Assembly: GCA_963777605.1 (NCBI GenBank) | Contig: CAVZRV010000010.1 | Location: forward strand, 384,001-448,000 | Reading direction: 5' to 3' | DNA length: 64,000 bases | From: an uncultured Acidobacteriota bacterium | Lineage (GTDB): Bacteria > Acidobacteriota > UBA6911 > RPQK01 > JAPXNP01 | Part shown: positions 22,183-35,637 of the stretch, one piece after another | Layout: every line of letters starts with the position of its first letter | How positions within the stretch are numbered: position 1 is the first letter of the stretch | Translations under genes and position numbers: made by a program | The notes under the pieces: generated by a model | Database searches by the model: none | The model's input: only the letters and a program-made list of their open reading frames with translations | What the model was told of the DNA's origin: nothing

Positions 22183-25100
22183 CTACTCGATCACCGTTGG
22201 CGGGACCGCCGACATCAGTGACAGGTTGGACAATCCGAAGAGCTGCTGGGCAATGATCGGGATCGAGGATTCAATCAGGATATAGCCTCCGACCTGGCCA
22301 TTCGACGCCGGTACGAGCTCGGCAACCGTTGCCGACTTTCGGTGACCCGCTGTCAGAGTGAACGAGTTTTCACCGGCCGTCTCACCATCGGGCGTCATCA
22401 CCCGGAGATGGATCTGCGCTGTCGAGGCCGAGGGGTTATAAAAGGCCAGGCCGGTAAAGAAACCCAGTCCGTTGGCGACGTGATTAAAGACGGCCCGGCG
22501 AAAGGCACTCGCCTGCAGCGGCAGCGCCGCCAAATACTTGCCATCTACAGCATCTCCGAACAGGACGTCGCCCACCATGTAGGGAGCATCGGATTTTACT
22601 CGTAGCGACCCCACGAAGGGATCGTTGACGAAGTCGATGCCGAAGACGTCGGCAGCGTATCCCTCGTACTGCACTTCAGGATAGAAAAGCCAGTAGACCT
22701 CCTTGAAGACCTCTCCCGTTGGCCCGAGGGCTCCGATGTCGACACGGCGGTCCTCGGTCCGATGCGTATTCATGAGCTTCATGCTGGTGAAGACACCGGC
22801 GGTCGAGGCCAGCTGAGCAGAATAGGAGGCGGTCTGCCCGCCCAGTGTGACGCCATTGAGTCCGATCAGGCTTTTCGGCGAGAACTGCCGAATCAGCTCG
22901 AAACCGACGGCCTTCCCCGAATCCTGGATTTCGACCTCGATCGAGCCCGTCCCCTGCAAACCGTCGAAAAGATCCGCGACGGAACCCGACAGCATCCCCC
23001 GTGCCGAAATGTCAAAACTCTTTTGGACCGTGGCCTCCGGGTCCTGCGGGTAGGAAATGTCGCGGTAGGTCAGAACGGCTCGAATCGCGGAATCGCCGGG
23101 ATTGGCCACGGCGATCTGTGTGGTCACCTCATCCGTATATTCATAGATCCGGGTCAGATAGAAGTGAGGACTCGCCTCTGCTATGGAAACGGAGCCATCC
23201 AGTCCCTCCAGGTCGGAGGTGCCGAACTGGAAGAATCCTCCAATTTCGGGATTGTCCGACTTCACTTCGACCCACCCCAGTTGGGGCGTCGCAGCGTCCT
23301 CCCCAAATATTTCGTTGCCGAGTCGAGCGAGTTGGTGCCCGGCCTGAAGCTGGGCGACAGCAGGGTTTACATCGAAGGGGCAAAGGTCGCCTGTCTCGGT
23401 GTACGCCGTGAATTTCACGTTGGCCGGCTCATCCGAGTAGTTGGACACAGCAAAAGCCGTGAAGATTCCATTCCCTGCCTGGTAGAAGGGGAAGTAGAGG
23501 TGGACGCGGTCGGCGGCAGCGGATTCCACATTGCCGAAATCACGGCCGGACAAGACGGCGCCACTGGTCGAAACGACGGCATCCGCCGGGTCGCTCGTCG
23601 TCTGTCGCCATCCGGGCTGCTGCACCTCCCGCAGGGCGTACGTGCCGACATCGAGGTCACCGATCGCATACCGGCCCCCGTCGTCGGTCTTGGCACAGGG
23701 TTCCACGGCCAAGGCATCACAGATCCCGGCGAGCTTTGGATTGTTCAGGACGCCGTCCCGGTTGAGATCGGCGAAGATCGTCCAACCGGCCAACCCGGGA
23801 TCGGAGGCTTCGGCGATACCGTTCTCATTGAGATCGTTGAACTTCTTGCCGGTGACCCGTCCCAGTTTGAAGTTGCCGAAATCGAGGCCGGAAAGGTTCT
23901 TTCCGCTCTCGGTGACGATCGTATGCGTTCCCTCACCCGACGGATGTTTGCGGGCCCACCCATCCTCGAGAACCTCGCGGATCGTGTAGGTTCCGGATCC
24001 GATTTGACCGAAACAAAAGGAACCGGCCGCGTCGGTCACAACCGACTGGAGCGGAGTATCGGTGCCTGCCAGCAGTTCGATTGTCCAGCCCGAGAGCCCC
24101 GACTCTCCATTCTGGCGCGCGCCATCCCCGTTGACGTCTTCGAACTTGGTTCCGCAGATCGAGACGGGAACAAATTCACCCCCGGCCACGCGATTGCCAA
24201 AATCGAGCCCGTCCGTCGTCTTTCCGCTCTCGGTCGAGACAACGTGGCCGGTCGAGGACGAGGGATAGGTCTGGACCCAGCCCGTCTGCTGGACCTCCCG
24301 GATCGTGTGGCTCCCCGGTCCGAGCTGCGTGAAACAGTAGCTTCCTCCGGCCCCGGTCTGCCTGGTCACGGAAAGGTCATGCGGCCCGGAGAGGCGAATC
24401 GTCCAGCCGGCCAGGCCCGGCTCCCCGGCCCCGCGAACGCCGTCGCCGTTGAGATCATTGAATTTGAGCCCGCACAACTCGGCCTCCCGGAAGTTTCCGA
24501 AGAGGACGTCCGGGTGGCTCTGGCCGCTTTCGAGCTGGATGCGCGTACTCTCCTCCGGACCCGGCCGGCTGCGTGCGGATCCACCCCTGGCGTGATGCCT
24601 CACGCACGGTATACTCTCCCGGCTCGAGCTCGGAGAAGCAGAAGCCTCCACCCGTCTCCGTTACCTCTTGCGCGGTCGCTCCGTCCGGCTTGGTCAGCTC
24701 GATCGTCCAGCCGCCGATTCCAGGTTCGCCCGCATCACGGAGCCCATTTCCGTTGAGATCTTCGTACTTTGCCCCACAGATTCCGACCCCCTGGGCGTTG
24801 CCGAAATCGGTGACAAGCACAACGCCGCTGTGGATCGGGTAGATGTGCCCGGTCACGGGAAAGGTCGGGCTCCAGCCCGGTTGATCGACTTCGGAGACGC
24901 TCAGTTCGCGGGCTCCCAGTGGATCGCCAGGCCCGACATCGAGGATCTCGAAATGCCCGCTCGAGTCGGTCGTCGCCCGCCTGTCGACACTTCCGTCACG
25001 ATTGAGATCCAGCTCGATCTCCCAGCCGGGCAGGCCGGGCTCGCCCGGGTCGAGAGCGCCGTTGCCGTCGAGGTCGTGAAACTTCCTGCCCTGAACCGTC

Positions 25101-28100
25101 ATGAAGCGGAAGTTCCCGAAATCCACGTTGGCCTGAAGACCGCTGTGTATGGGCAGAGGCGTGTTGCCGAGCGGCGCCGTCTGAACCCAGCCGGTGCGGG
25201 ACACCTCCCGGACGATGAAGCTGCGATCACCCTTGAGGTCGCCGAGGCCAATGTTCCCGAAGCGGTACTCGCCGTTGCCGTCGGTGGTCGCAGTATGCTC
25301 GATCGAACCGTCACTGTTGAGATCGACCTCGATGGTCCACCCGCTGAGACCGGGTTCGCCCGAATCCCGAGTGCCGTCTCCGTCGCTGTCCTCGTACTTG
25401 ATCCCCTGGACGATCATGTCCTGGAAATTGCCGATGCGGACGATGCGGGCCTGCTGCTCGTCAACCGTGAGCATGGGGGGATTGGCCGAGGTCTGGGTCC
25501 AGCCCGTTCGTCCGATCTCACGGGCCGTGTAGCCTACTCCCGGTTCGAGGTTGTCGAACACGGCCCAGCCGGACTCGGTGTCCTCATCGATCGAGCCGCT
25601 GCCGTCCAGATCGACGAACCCGGTCGTCCGGGTCTGGATCGACCCGTCCTTGGCGCTTTCCAGCTGGATCGTCCAGCCGTTCAAACCGGGATCGTTCGCG
25701 TCCTTGACGCCGTCACCGAGAAGGTCTTCGTACTTCTGGACGTAGATCGCGCCCCCCTGAAGGACGACAACACCGTTCGTATCGCTACGTCGGGTCAGCG
25801 AGGTGAGAGGAATGCAGACATCGGCCTGTACCTCCGTGCGGCCGGGTTGCAGCCCTTTCAGAAGGCCGGTGCCCTGGCCCACCGAAACGATGTCGTTCGG
25901 ATCCGGAACCATGGTCCACTCGTTGACGAAGCCGGGCAGGGCCGTCTGCACACGCAATGCATCGATCGTCACTTCGCCCGGATCCGGTATCCAGCTGAAG
26001 CGCATCTCGAAGTAGCCTTCGTCGTCCCGGTAGAGGCCCGAAGGTCGCGTTGCGTTTGCGGGCAGGGTGATGGTCTTGGAGACGCCGGAGGGAGTGATCT
26101 CCGCGCCCGGGATCAGGTTGGCGACGATCTTGTTGACGACCGTCGAATTCGTGATGCCGAGCTTGTCGAAGGGGATCCGGAAGGGCTGGCTGGCCCCGGA
26201 GAAGAAGTCGAACATCCCGACCGTTTCGGCCTGGCGGTCCTCGTTCAGGCCGACCGCCAGGGGATCTTCGAATTGCCCGGTACCGGAGCGGATCTCGATC
26301 TCCTCGAGGTCGGGGATCACGAGCACGAGCATCACGTCGGTGGCCTTTCCCAGGCAGTAGTTCGTCATGTCGAACGTGGCCTGAACGGCGCTGATGCCCG
26401 ATGCCCGGGCTTCGACAGAACCGTCGAGATAAGGCGGCACGCTCGAACCCAGCGTGATGAACGGATCGCTTTGACCCGATTTCACGAGGGCCGACTCGTA
26501 GGTGAGCAACTCGGAGACGGCTACGGGCGCAGCGATCGAAACGACACGGGCCAGCCAGGCGAGTGGGTGGGCCGACGGGATCCAACCAAGCGCCGAGAAG
26601 GCATCCATGAGGTCAACTGTCGCCACATCCTCCCCGAAAAGCCGGAAGGTGAGACTCTTCACCTGGACGGTCCCGTTCTGGCCGAGTGAACCCACCCAGC
26701 TGCACTGATTCGTCGACGGCGGCATCAGGATCATCGGAGCATCAAGCGGGAATTCCTTTCCGAGACGATTGGTAAGGAACTCCGAAATCGTGTTGCTTAC
26801 CGGACTGGTCAATGCCAGCGGTTCGATCTCGAGGCTCTCGGCCTGAAGAATCTCCATGCCGCCGATCAGGAGAGCGTAGTTGGAGCGCTCGATGTCGGTC
26901 GGAGAATTTTCCCGTACCGCGCGCACAACGTTGATGCCGGAGCTGTTGAACTTGACGTAGGCCTTGCTCTGCGTCGGGGTCTTGGACTTGCGGACGTCAA
27001 TTTGCGCAATCTCCCCGACGAGATCCTGGTACGTCTTCTTCAGTTCGTTCAGGCCGTCGAAGATCAGATCGTCCGGAAGGCCGGTTCCGTCCAGCTTGAC
27101 CCACTCGTAACGGATGTTGGCGTCCCCGGAGATTTCCTTTCCTGTTGCCAGATCGGTGACCCGGATCTCCCGTTCCTGGGACCCGCAAAGGCTCATTCCC
27201 AATACCAGCTCGGGGCTCAGGCGGATGCCGCCCTCGGGCTGGGGGCACTCGGAGAATTCCGAGGTGTTTCCGTTCGGATCGGTGGCGGTGGCAGTGATGA
27301 CGCCGTCGGCGATGCCGGCCAAGGCCAGGGTCTGCGCAAAGTGTCCCTTGGAATCCGTGGTGCCCTTGATGTCGTAGTTGAATCCGAACCAGCTTTGCTG
27401 CGCCAGAAACGTCTCACCTTCGCCGTATCCCGATGAGTCGCAGGAGGCGTTGCGGAAGAACTCGAAGGTGAACTCGGTCGAGGGGAGTCCGTCGTAGGCG
27501 AGCGTAATTTCGGTCTTGTCGTCGTTCAGGGTCACGACCGGGTAGTTCAGATAATCGTTGGGACCGGAGTCGGCGTCCAGGGCGTCGTTCGGTGTGGCTC
27601 CGTCCGGGCTGGCGAACTCAGTCAAATTGATGCCCAGGCCGCCGTTGGAATGGATGGAATTCCTGCTGATGCGGGATTGTCCGGTGTTGTACCGGTCTTC
27701 GTCTGCCTGGTACTCCAGAACGGCGACACCGTCCCCTCCGTTGAAAGCAACCACGTTTTCGATGATCGTGTTGCCCGATCCGTCAGCTACCACAACTCCG
27801 AAACTTGCGTTGCCGAGGTCCGCGGTGCCGTCAAGAGCCACGCCGACCTTGTTGTGCTGAAGCAACGTGCCGTCGGAGGCCAGATAGACTCCCATTCCGG
27901 TGCTGCCCGTCGGGTCGAACAGGGGGTCCAGCTGGAGAGTCCCCGAGATGACATTCTTTTCGATGATGTTGTTGGCCGGCCTGTCGGAGTAGTTGGGCGG
28001 TGTGCCGCCGTCGGACGTATAAGTGATGAACAGTCCCGCCGCGCCATTCCCGACGGACTGGGAACCCAGAGCATCCGTCCCGATCAGGTTGCCCTTGACG

Positions 28101-30149
28101 ACGTTGTCCCGCGCCCCGCCGCCGACGATCTCCAGCCCGCCAGCGGCATTACCCGAGATGACGTTGCGCTGGGAAACCTGCTCGCCTCCAATCGTGTTCT
28201 CGGAGGAGTCATGAATGCTGATCCCGGTGAAGTTGGCCTTGGCCTGGGATCCGGCCGCATTGGTGCCGATATAGTTGTTCTCGACCCGGTTGCCGCCGTT
28301 GTCATCGAGTGAGATGCCGGAATTGCCCGAGTAGTAAGGTGGACTCGCCTGGTCGACCGCGCCGTTGATCACCAGGCCGCGAATCACCGAGCCGCCGGCG
28401 TCGATCCACGGGCCTGCACCCCCTGCCGCGCTTCGCGTCAGTTCGACGCGCCCTCCGGCGCCTCCCCCGGAGCCGTCGATCACCAGCGGATCGGTGGCTC
28501 GCGGCACCCCGTCACCGATATCCACGGTACTGACGGAAAACTCAATTGTATCCATACCCGGGGTGGCGTTCGCCTGCTCGACGGCCGCGTGCAGCGTGCA
28601 GACGATCCCTGGCACATCCTTGTCCGTGTCGCAGACGCCGTCCGAAGGATCGTCATCGCCCTCCGATCCGCCGCTGTTCACCACGAACGTCGCCGACGAC
28701 GTGGAGATGGACATCGAGACACTGCCTGAGTCACGGTGGAGAACAGCCAGATCGAGCTGCGCATCGGAGTTCAGCTGCACGGCCATCACCGAAGCGCCAG
28801 GATCGTCCAGGGGAAGGATCAGCGGCGACTGAAGGGCCGCTTCGGATGGCAGATTCGCGCCGGGCTGATGTTCCCGCCAGCGCGACGGATCGCCGATACA
28901 CCAATTGAACGTAAGGTCCGGTCTCATCCCAGACGACCAATTCATCGAGGGGGACGGTCGACAGCCGCCCTTTGGTAAGGTGGAAGTGAACTCGGCTGTC
29001 CCGGCTTACAGACCTCGCAAGACCGACCGATTTGCGCACGGTCCACTGGGCCGAAAACTGATCCGAGGCCATTGAGGAAGGGGGAATCCCCCGACCGGGC
29101 AGGTCGAATTCCAGGAAGCGGACGATACCGGGTTCCACGACGACGGCCACGTCGTTTCGGTGCAGCCTGTCCCAGACGAAATCACCCACTTCGGCGGTTA
29201 CGATCCTGTCATCACACGGTATCCGGTCAGCACGGACGACGGGTCCCTCCGCGGAGAGCGGGCTCCCCGGGCCGCGTAGAACCCACAGTCCGCTATCGGT
29301 GACGACGAACAGGTCAACGGGAAAGTAGTCGTCCAGATTCGCCATTCGCAAATCGAGGACCTCTCCGTTAACGGTGAATTCCACCGGAGTTGCACCTAGT
29401 CCTCCAAGCTCCGACTGGAACAGGAATACCGTGTCCGGACGACTCTCGATCGTTACCGCCAGATCGCTCCGTCCGTCCTTGCGGTTGAACTCTCCGGCAA
29501 CCATCACCACGGGAGGTCCAGGCAGTTCGAAGGGTTGTTCCGGAGCACTCAGCCCTGTCGCTGTGCCCTGGCAAAGGTAGAGGAGTGGGGTACCTCGAGA
29601 AGCGTAGACCAGATCGTCGATGCCGTCCCCGTCGAAGTCTCCAACCGCAGACAACTCCGGCGCGACGGTTAATTGGCGAGCTGTGTAGCCGGCCTCGAAC
29701 GGGGCAGATCGCGCCAAAGACTCCGGCAGGCGAGCCGCGGTCCTCGCCGCGATCGAATCGGTCTGGTACCGGCTGCCAGGGTGAACGCGCAGGAACGGTC
29801 CGCCGTTGCCTCGTCCCATGAGCACCAAATCGGTAAGGCCGTCCCCGTCGAAGTCTCCGGCCGCCATCGACCTCGGATGGACGCTGACGGAAGCCTGCAG
29901 GAGAGCCCCCGGACCTCCCGTCGGAGTCGCTGAAAGCCGGATTTCGTCTCGCAGATTCACCCAGGGAAAACCCACGCCCGAGGAATGGAGCAGCGGACGT
30001 AGCGGGTGGTCCTTTTCGTTCGATTCCGAAGATAAGGTCTGCACCTCGGCGGGAGCCGCGCTGAGTGACCAAGGGACGAACAGCATGATAACGCGTAGCG
30101 TGGTCGCCCGAACCAGACTTCTCGAAACCCAGTGACCGGTCGCCTGCAT
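22183..30149 (-). CDS. Giant surface protein (FG-GAP repeats, CSLREA-like/beta-helix, 7 SdrD-B-like repeats, C-terminal beta-sandwich repeats), split by 2 frameshifts
   Basis: ORFs 28731-30269, 24455-28945 and 22183-24651 join near 28860 and 24545; GDFDGDG, CTLHAAVEQAN, RNVISGN, K(Y/F)xDxxGxG..GEPGLxGWTI...FGN motifs. Confidence 0.8.
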
Positions 30150-30527
30150 CGCTTCACCCACTTTCAGTCGGATGGTCACCCGACGCCCGCAGCTCCTTCG
30201 CACAGTCCAGTCTTCGACGTTTCTGCAAGTATCGATCCTATGGGACTTTCCGCAAAAGTCAACCTGCACGAGCGAGAAGAGTTGCCATCTAAGTAGAAGT
30301 CTTGAACGGGGGCTGACCAGGCCGGTTGGCGCGGCACATCCGGCGGGTTGCCCGGATTACCCGCGGTTGCCAGAAAGCATCAGGCGGACCTGCTCGTCCA
30401 GTGCGAAGGCACGACACGGGCGGCTCACTCCGACACCTGAATCGGGGCGCCTTCTCAGCCTGTTGCACGTGCAGGAAGGGCTGGGTCCGAACAGCGGTCA
30501 AGACATTGCAATCGACCCGGTTGTCGG

Positions 30528-30556
30528 TTGCCCTTCCGAATGCAAATCCGTAAACT
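30528..30556 (+). promoter_or_regulatory. Sigma70-type promoter upstream of fluoride riboswitch
   Basis: TTGCCC-17 bp-TAAACT. Confidence 0.65.
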
Positions 30557-30564
30557 ACAGTTGG

Positions 30565-30622
30565 TATCAGGGGATGGAGTCCCCCGTATCAACCGCCTCC
30601 CAGGGCTGATGACTCCTACCGC
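30565..30622 (+). promoter_or_regulatory. Fluoride (crcB) riboswitch
   Basis: GGGGATGGAGTCCCC...AACCGCC...GGCTGATGACTCCTAC matches the crcB consensus including the GGAGT/ACTCC pseudoknot; enolase downstream. Confidence 0.92.
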
Positions 30623-30842
30623 GCAGGCTTCTGCGGAGGAGGAGTTGTTGTCATATAGCACCTGCCCGCCACGGCGTGGGCATTATTCAGCGGAAACGGG
30701 CATCGCAAAGGTGAGGGCTCTTTTGGACCCCCGAGCACTCGCTTTGTGTTTGCCGATCCCACCGACTCATTCGGTCTCTACACAGTCCACGGACGAAGTT
30801 CCCCAGTCTGGATTCTGCGTTCCTGCGACCGAAGCGGGTTGA

Positions 30843-32156
<1,314 letters not shown>

Positions 32157-32304
32157 CTCACCCGATACGACGAAATCTGGGACTTGAGCCGGGTCAGAAT
32201 GCGTCGAACTGCGGTGCCGTGATGTCCGCAGGGATTTCTTTTGTCGGGGACACCAGGCAGCCGGCGGCGAGACCGCGAAGCCAACTGGAGAAAAAGGAGA
32301 GAGC

Positions 32305-32862
32305 ATGCGCATAGCATTCATTGGATTGGGAAACATGGGAGCGCCGATGGCGCAAAACCTCTTAAAAGGCGACCACGAGCTAGTCCTTTACAACCGCACC
32401 CGGAGCCGTGCCGAGCAGCTGGAATCATCAGGCGCAAGAGTTGCAGCAACTCCTGCAGAAGCCGTCCAGGGCGCGGAAGTTCTGATCACCATGCTCGCGG
32501 ACGATCGTGCGGTTGAGCAGGTTCTTCTTGGTCCCCACAACGCTCTCGATGCTCTGCCAACGGGTGCGGTTCACGTCTCCATGAGCACGATCAGCGTCGA
32601 TCTCTCCCGACGGCTGGCAAATGCGCATTCCGGAAAAGGGCAGCACTACGTAGCCGCGCCGGTCATGGGCAGGCCCGATGCCGCCGCCGCGGCGAAACTC
32701 TTCATCGTTGCCGCTGGATCGACCGAGCAGATCGAACGCTGCCGGCCGCTGTTCGACGTACTCGGACAGAGAACGTTCATCGCCGGTCACGATGCTCCCG
32801 CCGCCAACATTTTCAAACTGGCGGCTGAGTCTGTCATTGGCGTCGAGGGGGAAAAGGTGTAG
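32305..32862 (+). pseudogene. 3-hydroxyisobutyrate-dehydrogenase-family oxidoreductase, C-terminally truncated
   Basis: FIGLGNMGAPMA Rossmann motif; similarity stops at FKLA and the helical domain is missing. Confidence 0.75.
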
Positions 32863-32875
32863 TAGTTTAAATTCG

Positions 32876-33700
32876 ATGCGAATAAAGACAATTGCCTTGA
32901 TGCTGGCTCTCAACTGTTTGACTTGGGCCTTGTTGGGCCAGACCCACGGATTCAAACACCCGACCGCGGATGACTTCGAGGCAGACATCAATCGGTGCCC
33001 CTGCGATAACAAGGATCGCCGCGATGCCGTGGTCGAGCTCTTCAGAAAATTGGGAGCCGCCGAGGGCGAAGTGAAGCTCGTCCCCTTCAAGCGGGGGAAA
33101 AACATCGTCGTCACCCTCCCCGGTAGCGGCGAAGGGATTATCGTTGTCGGAGCCCACTACGACAAGGTCGGCGGCGGTTGCGGGGCAATCGACAACTGGA
33201 CCGGTGTCGTGATCCTGGCTCGTCTCTACGGGAGCTTTCGCCAGATCAACCGGGCCAAGACGTTCGTATTTGCGGGCTTCGCGCTGGAGGAAAAGGGACT
33301 CGAGGGCTCGACGGCGATGGCCAGGACAATTCCAAAGAAAGACCGAAAGTCGTACTGTGCCATGGTGAACCTGGACTGTTTCGGTTTCGCGGTTCCCCAG
33401 ATCCTCTCAAACGTCTCCACACCCTCTCTCGAGAAATTCACGCGCGAGGTGGCGGAAAGGACCCACATCCCGATCCACTCCGGGCGAATCACCACTGCCG
33501 GGGCTGATTCCGAGCCTTTTATGGATCAGGGAATTCCGGCGATCAGTCTGCACGGACTCTCAGAAAGAGGATTTCGGCTAATCAACGACTTCCATGACCA
33601 GCCTGACCAGGTTCGATCGGCCAGCCTTTTTGCCGGCTATGCGCTGGCCTTCAACCTCCTTTCCGCCCTGGACAAGGTCGAGTGTGATTCCCTTCGTTGA
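32876..33700 (+). CDS. M28 family metallopeptidase, exported
   Basis: GAHYD, GAIDNWTG, EEKGLEGS, MVNLD motifs; signal peptide. Confidence 0.88.
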   Translation: MRIKTIALMLALNCLTWALLGQTHGFKHPTADDFEADINRCPCDNKDRRDAVVELFRKLGAAEGEVKLVPFKRGKNIVVTLPGSGEGIIVVGAHYDKVGGGCGAIDNWTGVVILARLYGSFRQINRAKTFVFAGFALEEKGLEGSTAMARTIPKKDRKSYCAMVNLDCFGFAVPQILSNVSTPSLEKFTREVAERTHIPIHSGRITTAGADSEPFMDQGIPAISLHGLSERGFRLINDFHDQPDQVRSASLFAGYALAFNLLSALDKVECDSLR

Positions 33701-33833
33701 ACCAATCCGAGGTTGACCGAAAGAAAACAGTTCCCGGCAAAATTGCAGCACTGAAAGTGCGATTCAGTCCCGGTGGCGGACTGTTTCAGAACAAAACGGA
33801 AATCAAGAATCCTGGATTGAGAATGTTCACTTC

Positions 33834-34087
33834 CGCCGGGCAAGCTGCCCGGCCGCCACAGCAGGCAGGGCTGCCCGGACTACTCTCCCTCCAGGAACGA
33901 GAAACCAGGAACCAGAAACTCATCCGAAATGAAATTGCGGGTCAGCCCCGCCCCCGCGCTCTGCGCGGATCATTCAAGGGATGGAACTTCGCGAGAAAGA
34001 TCCAACCGCGAAGGCGCGAAGAACGCGAAGATTCTCTTTGTTTTCAATACAAAAGAGCCTTGGCGACCTTCGCGCCTTTGCGGTGAA
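33834..34087. repeat. Composite intergenic repeat, second locus
   Basis: Module 33834-33886 similar to 22105-22157; heptamers 33893-33920; hairpin 34004-34087 similar to 21994-22070. Confidence 0.75.
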
Positions 34088-34116
34088 AATGGAAGCCTCC
34101 ACGATGAAGTTTCAGG

Positions 34117-35352
34117 TTACAGAACCGTCTCCATGACCGGATCGAACTCGATTCTCTTCTCTTCCAGGTAGGCGATGTTCCCAAGATGTGAGGCCTGAGC
34201 CGAGCGATGTCCCACGAGAACGTCTCCGTTGGGACGCTTTCGGGACTTCACGCACTCCAGGAAATTGCCGACATGCAGGCGTGTCATCTGGTCTCCCTGA
34301 TCTCCCGGTCGCTCAACCGCCGGTCCCTCCACGGGCGTGTAGGTGAACCCTCCGCGCGTGATCATCAGCCGTCCTTCGGTCCCGATGAACTCAATGCCAG
34401 CACCCTTAACGCCGGGAGCAAGAGTCGCTTCAAACGTCGCCGTCCACTCGCCCGGATAGCCCAGCAGGACGTGAATCGTGTCCGGCGCCGTTCGCCCATC
34501 CTTGTAGTTGTAAACGCCACCAACCGCAACAGCCGAGGTCGGGAGGTCTTCGTTGAGAAACCACTGGACGACATCGATCCAGTGGGTAAACAGGTCGGTG
34601 ATCTGCCCACCGCCAAAGTCCAGGTAGGCACGCCAGTTCCAGTACTGCTGGACATCCCAGTCCCGCCAGGGCCGGGGTCCGAGAAACATCTTCCAGTTCA
34701 ACCCCTCGGGCTTGGCGGTGAAAGGAGCTTTTCGCAGGTGGTAGCCGTTTCCGTGCCACCATGTCCGGGCGATAGTGATCTTGCCAAGCTTCCCCTGGTC
34801 GATGTACTGCTCTTTGGCCTCGAAATAGTGCGGTCCGCTGCGTTGCTGCATGCCGACCTGCATGACGCGGTCGTTGACGCGTGCCGCTTTGATGATCTCC
34901 TGTCCCTCCGCAATTTCGAAGGTCAGCGGTTTCTCAATGTAAACGTCCTTGCTCGACTGGCAGGCGTCAACTGCGATGGCTTTGTGCCAGTGGTCGGGAG
35001 TCGCGATCAGCACTGCATCGATATCCGGAGTATCCAACAACTTCCGGTACTCCAGGAACGTCTTCGCCTTTCCGCCCGCAATTTGATTTGCTGCCGCCAG
35101 ATGTTCGTCATAGATGTCGCAAAGCGCGACGACCTCTACCTCGGGATAGGAGAGAAAGTGCTTCATGACCGACTGTCCGCGGGCGCCCGGTCCGATGACT
35201 CCCATCCGAACGCGATCATTCGCTCCCAGGATTCGCTGTCTCGATGCCGCCGAAAGCAGGGCACCGCCCAGGGCAGTGGATCTGGCGGTCTGGGTCAGGA
35301 ATTCACGACGGCTCTTTTGTCGGGGCTCTGAGTTGCTGCTGTTCATAGCCAT
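34117..35352 (-). CDS. Tat-exported Gfo/Idh/MocA oxidoreductase
   Basis: SRREFL Tat motif, GVIGPGARG, ATPDHWH, YIEKP. Confidence 0.92.
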   Translation of the reverse strand: MAMNSSNSEPRQKSRREFLTQTARSTALGGALLSAASRQRILGANDRVRMGVIGPGARGQSVMKHFLSYPEVEVVALCDIYDEHLAAANQIAGGKAKTFLEYRKLLDTPDIDAVLIATPDHWHKAIAVDACQSSKDVYIEKPLTFEIAEGQEIIKAARVNDRVMQVGMQQRSGPHYFEAKEQYIDQGKLGKITIARTWWHGNGYHLRKAPFTAKPEGLNWKMFLGPRPWRDWDVQQYWNWRAYLDFGGGQITDLFTHWIDVVQWFLNEDLPTSAVAVGGVYNYKDGRTAPDTIHVLLGYPGEWTATFEATLAPGVKGAGIEFIGTEGRLMITRGGFTYTPVEGPAVERPGDQGDQMTRLHVGNFLECVKSRKRPNGDVLVGHRSAQASHLGNIAYLEEKRIEFDPVMETVL

Positions 35353-35543
35353 TTAGTGTATCCCCGGATATTAGAAAAATCCTCCCCTCTGTCGAGTCTT
35401 CTGTGCGGGACTTCCCCCGTCCTCGCGCTCCTTGCGTTCGAAAAATCCCTCAAGCTGGGATCCAGGCACTCCAAAATGATTTCAATCAAGGGGATCAATC
35501 ACCGCAAAAACGCCAGAGACCCCAAGGTCTGACAAAGGATAGA

Positions 35544-35567
35544 CCGTGATGACTTAAGTCATCGCGG
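35544..35567. promoter_or_regulatory. Palindromic operator, CRP/FNR-family-like, upstream of ric
   Basis: ccgtGATGACTTAAGTCATCgcgg near-perfect palindrome; core ATGAC-N4-GTCAT. Confidence 0.6.
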
Positions 35568-35637
35568 ATGTGGAGGCGGCAGCCGATACTGGTCACCAAC
35601 AACATTCGAAATTCACATAGACGCATCGGAGAATCAC

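Noticed and set aside
22762-26689. Long plus-strand ORFs (664 and 673 aa) and similar antisense ORFs across the window
   Set aside because: Shadow frames of GC-rich genes on the opposite strand with no recognisable motifs
18066-30149. Programmed ribosomal frameshifting
   Set aside because: No canonical slippery heptamers at the breaks, and both insertion and deletion types occur
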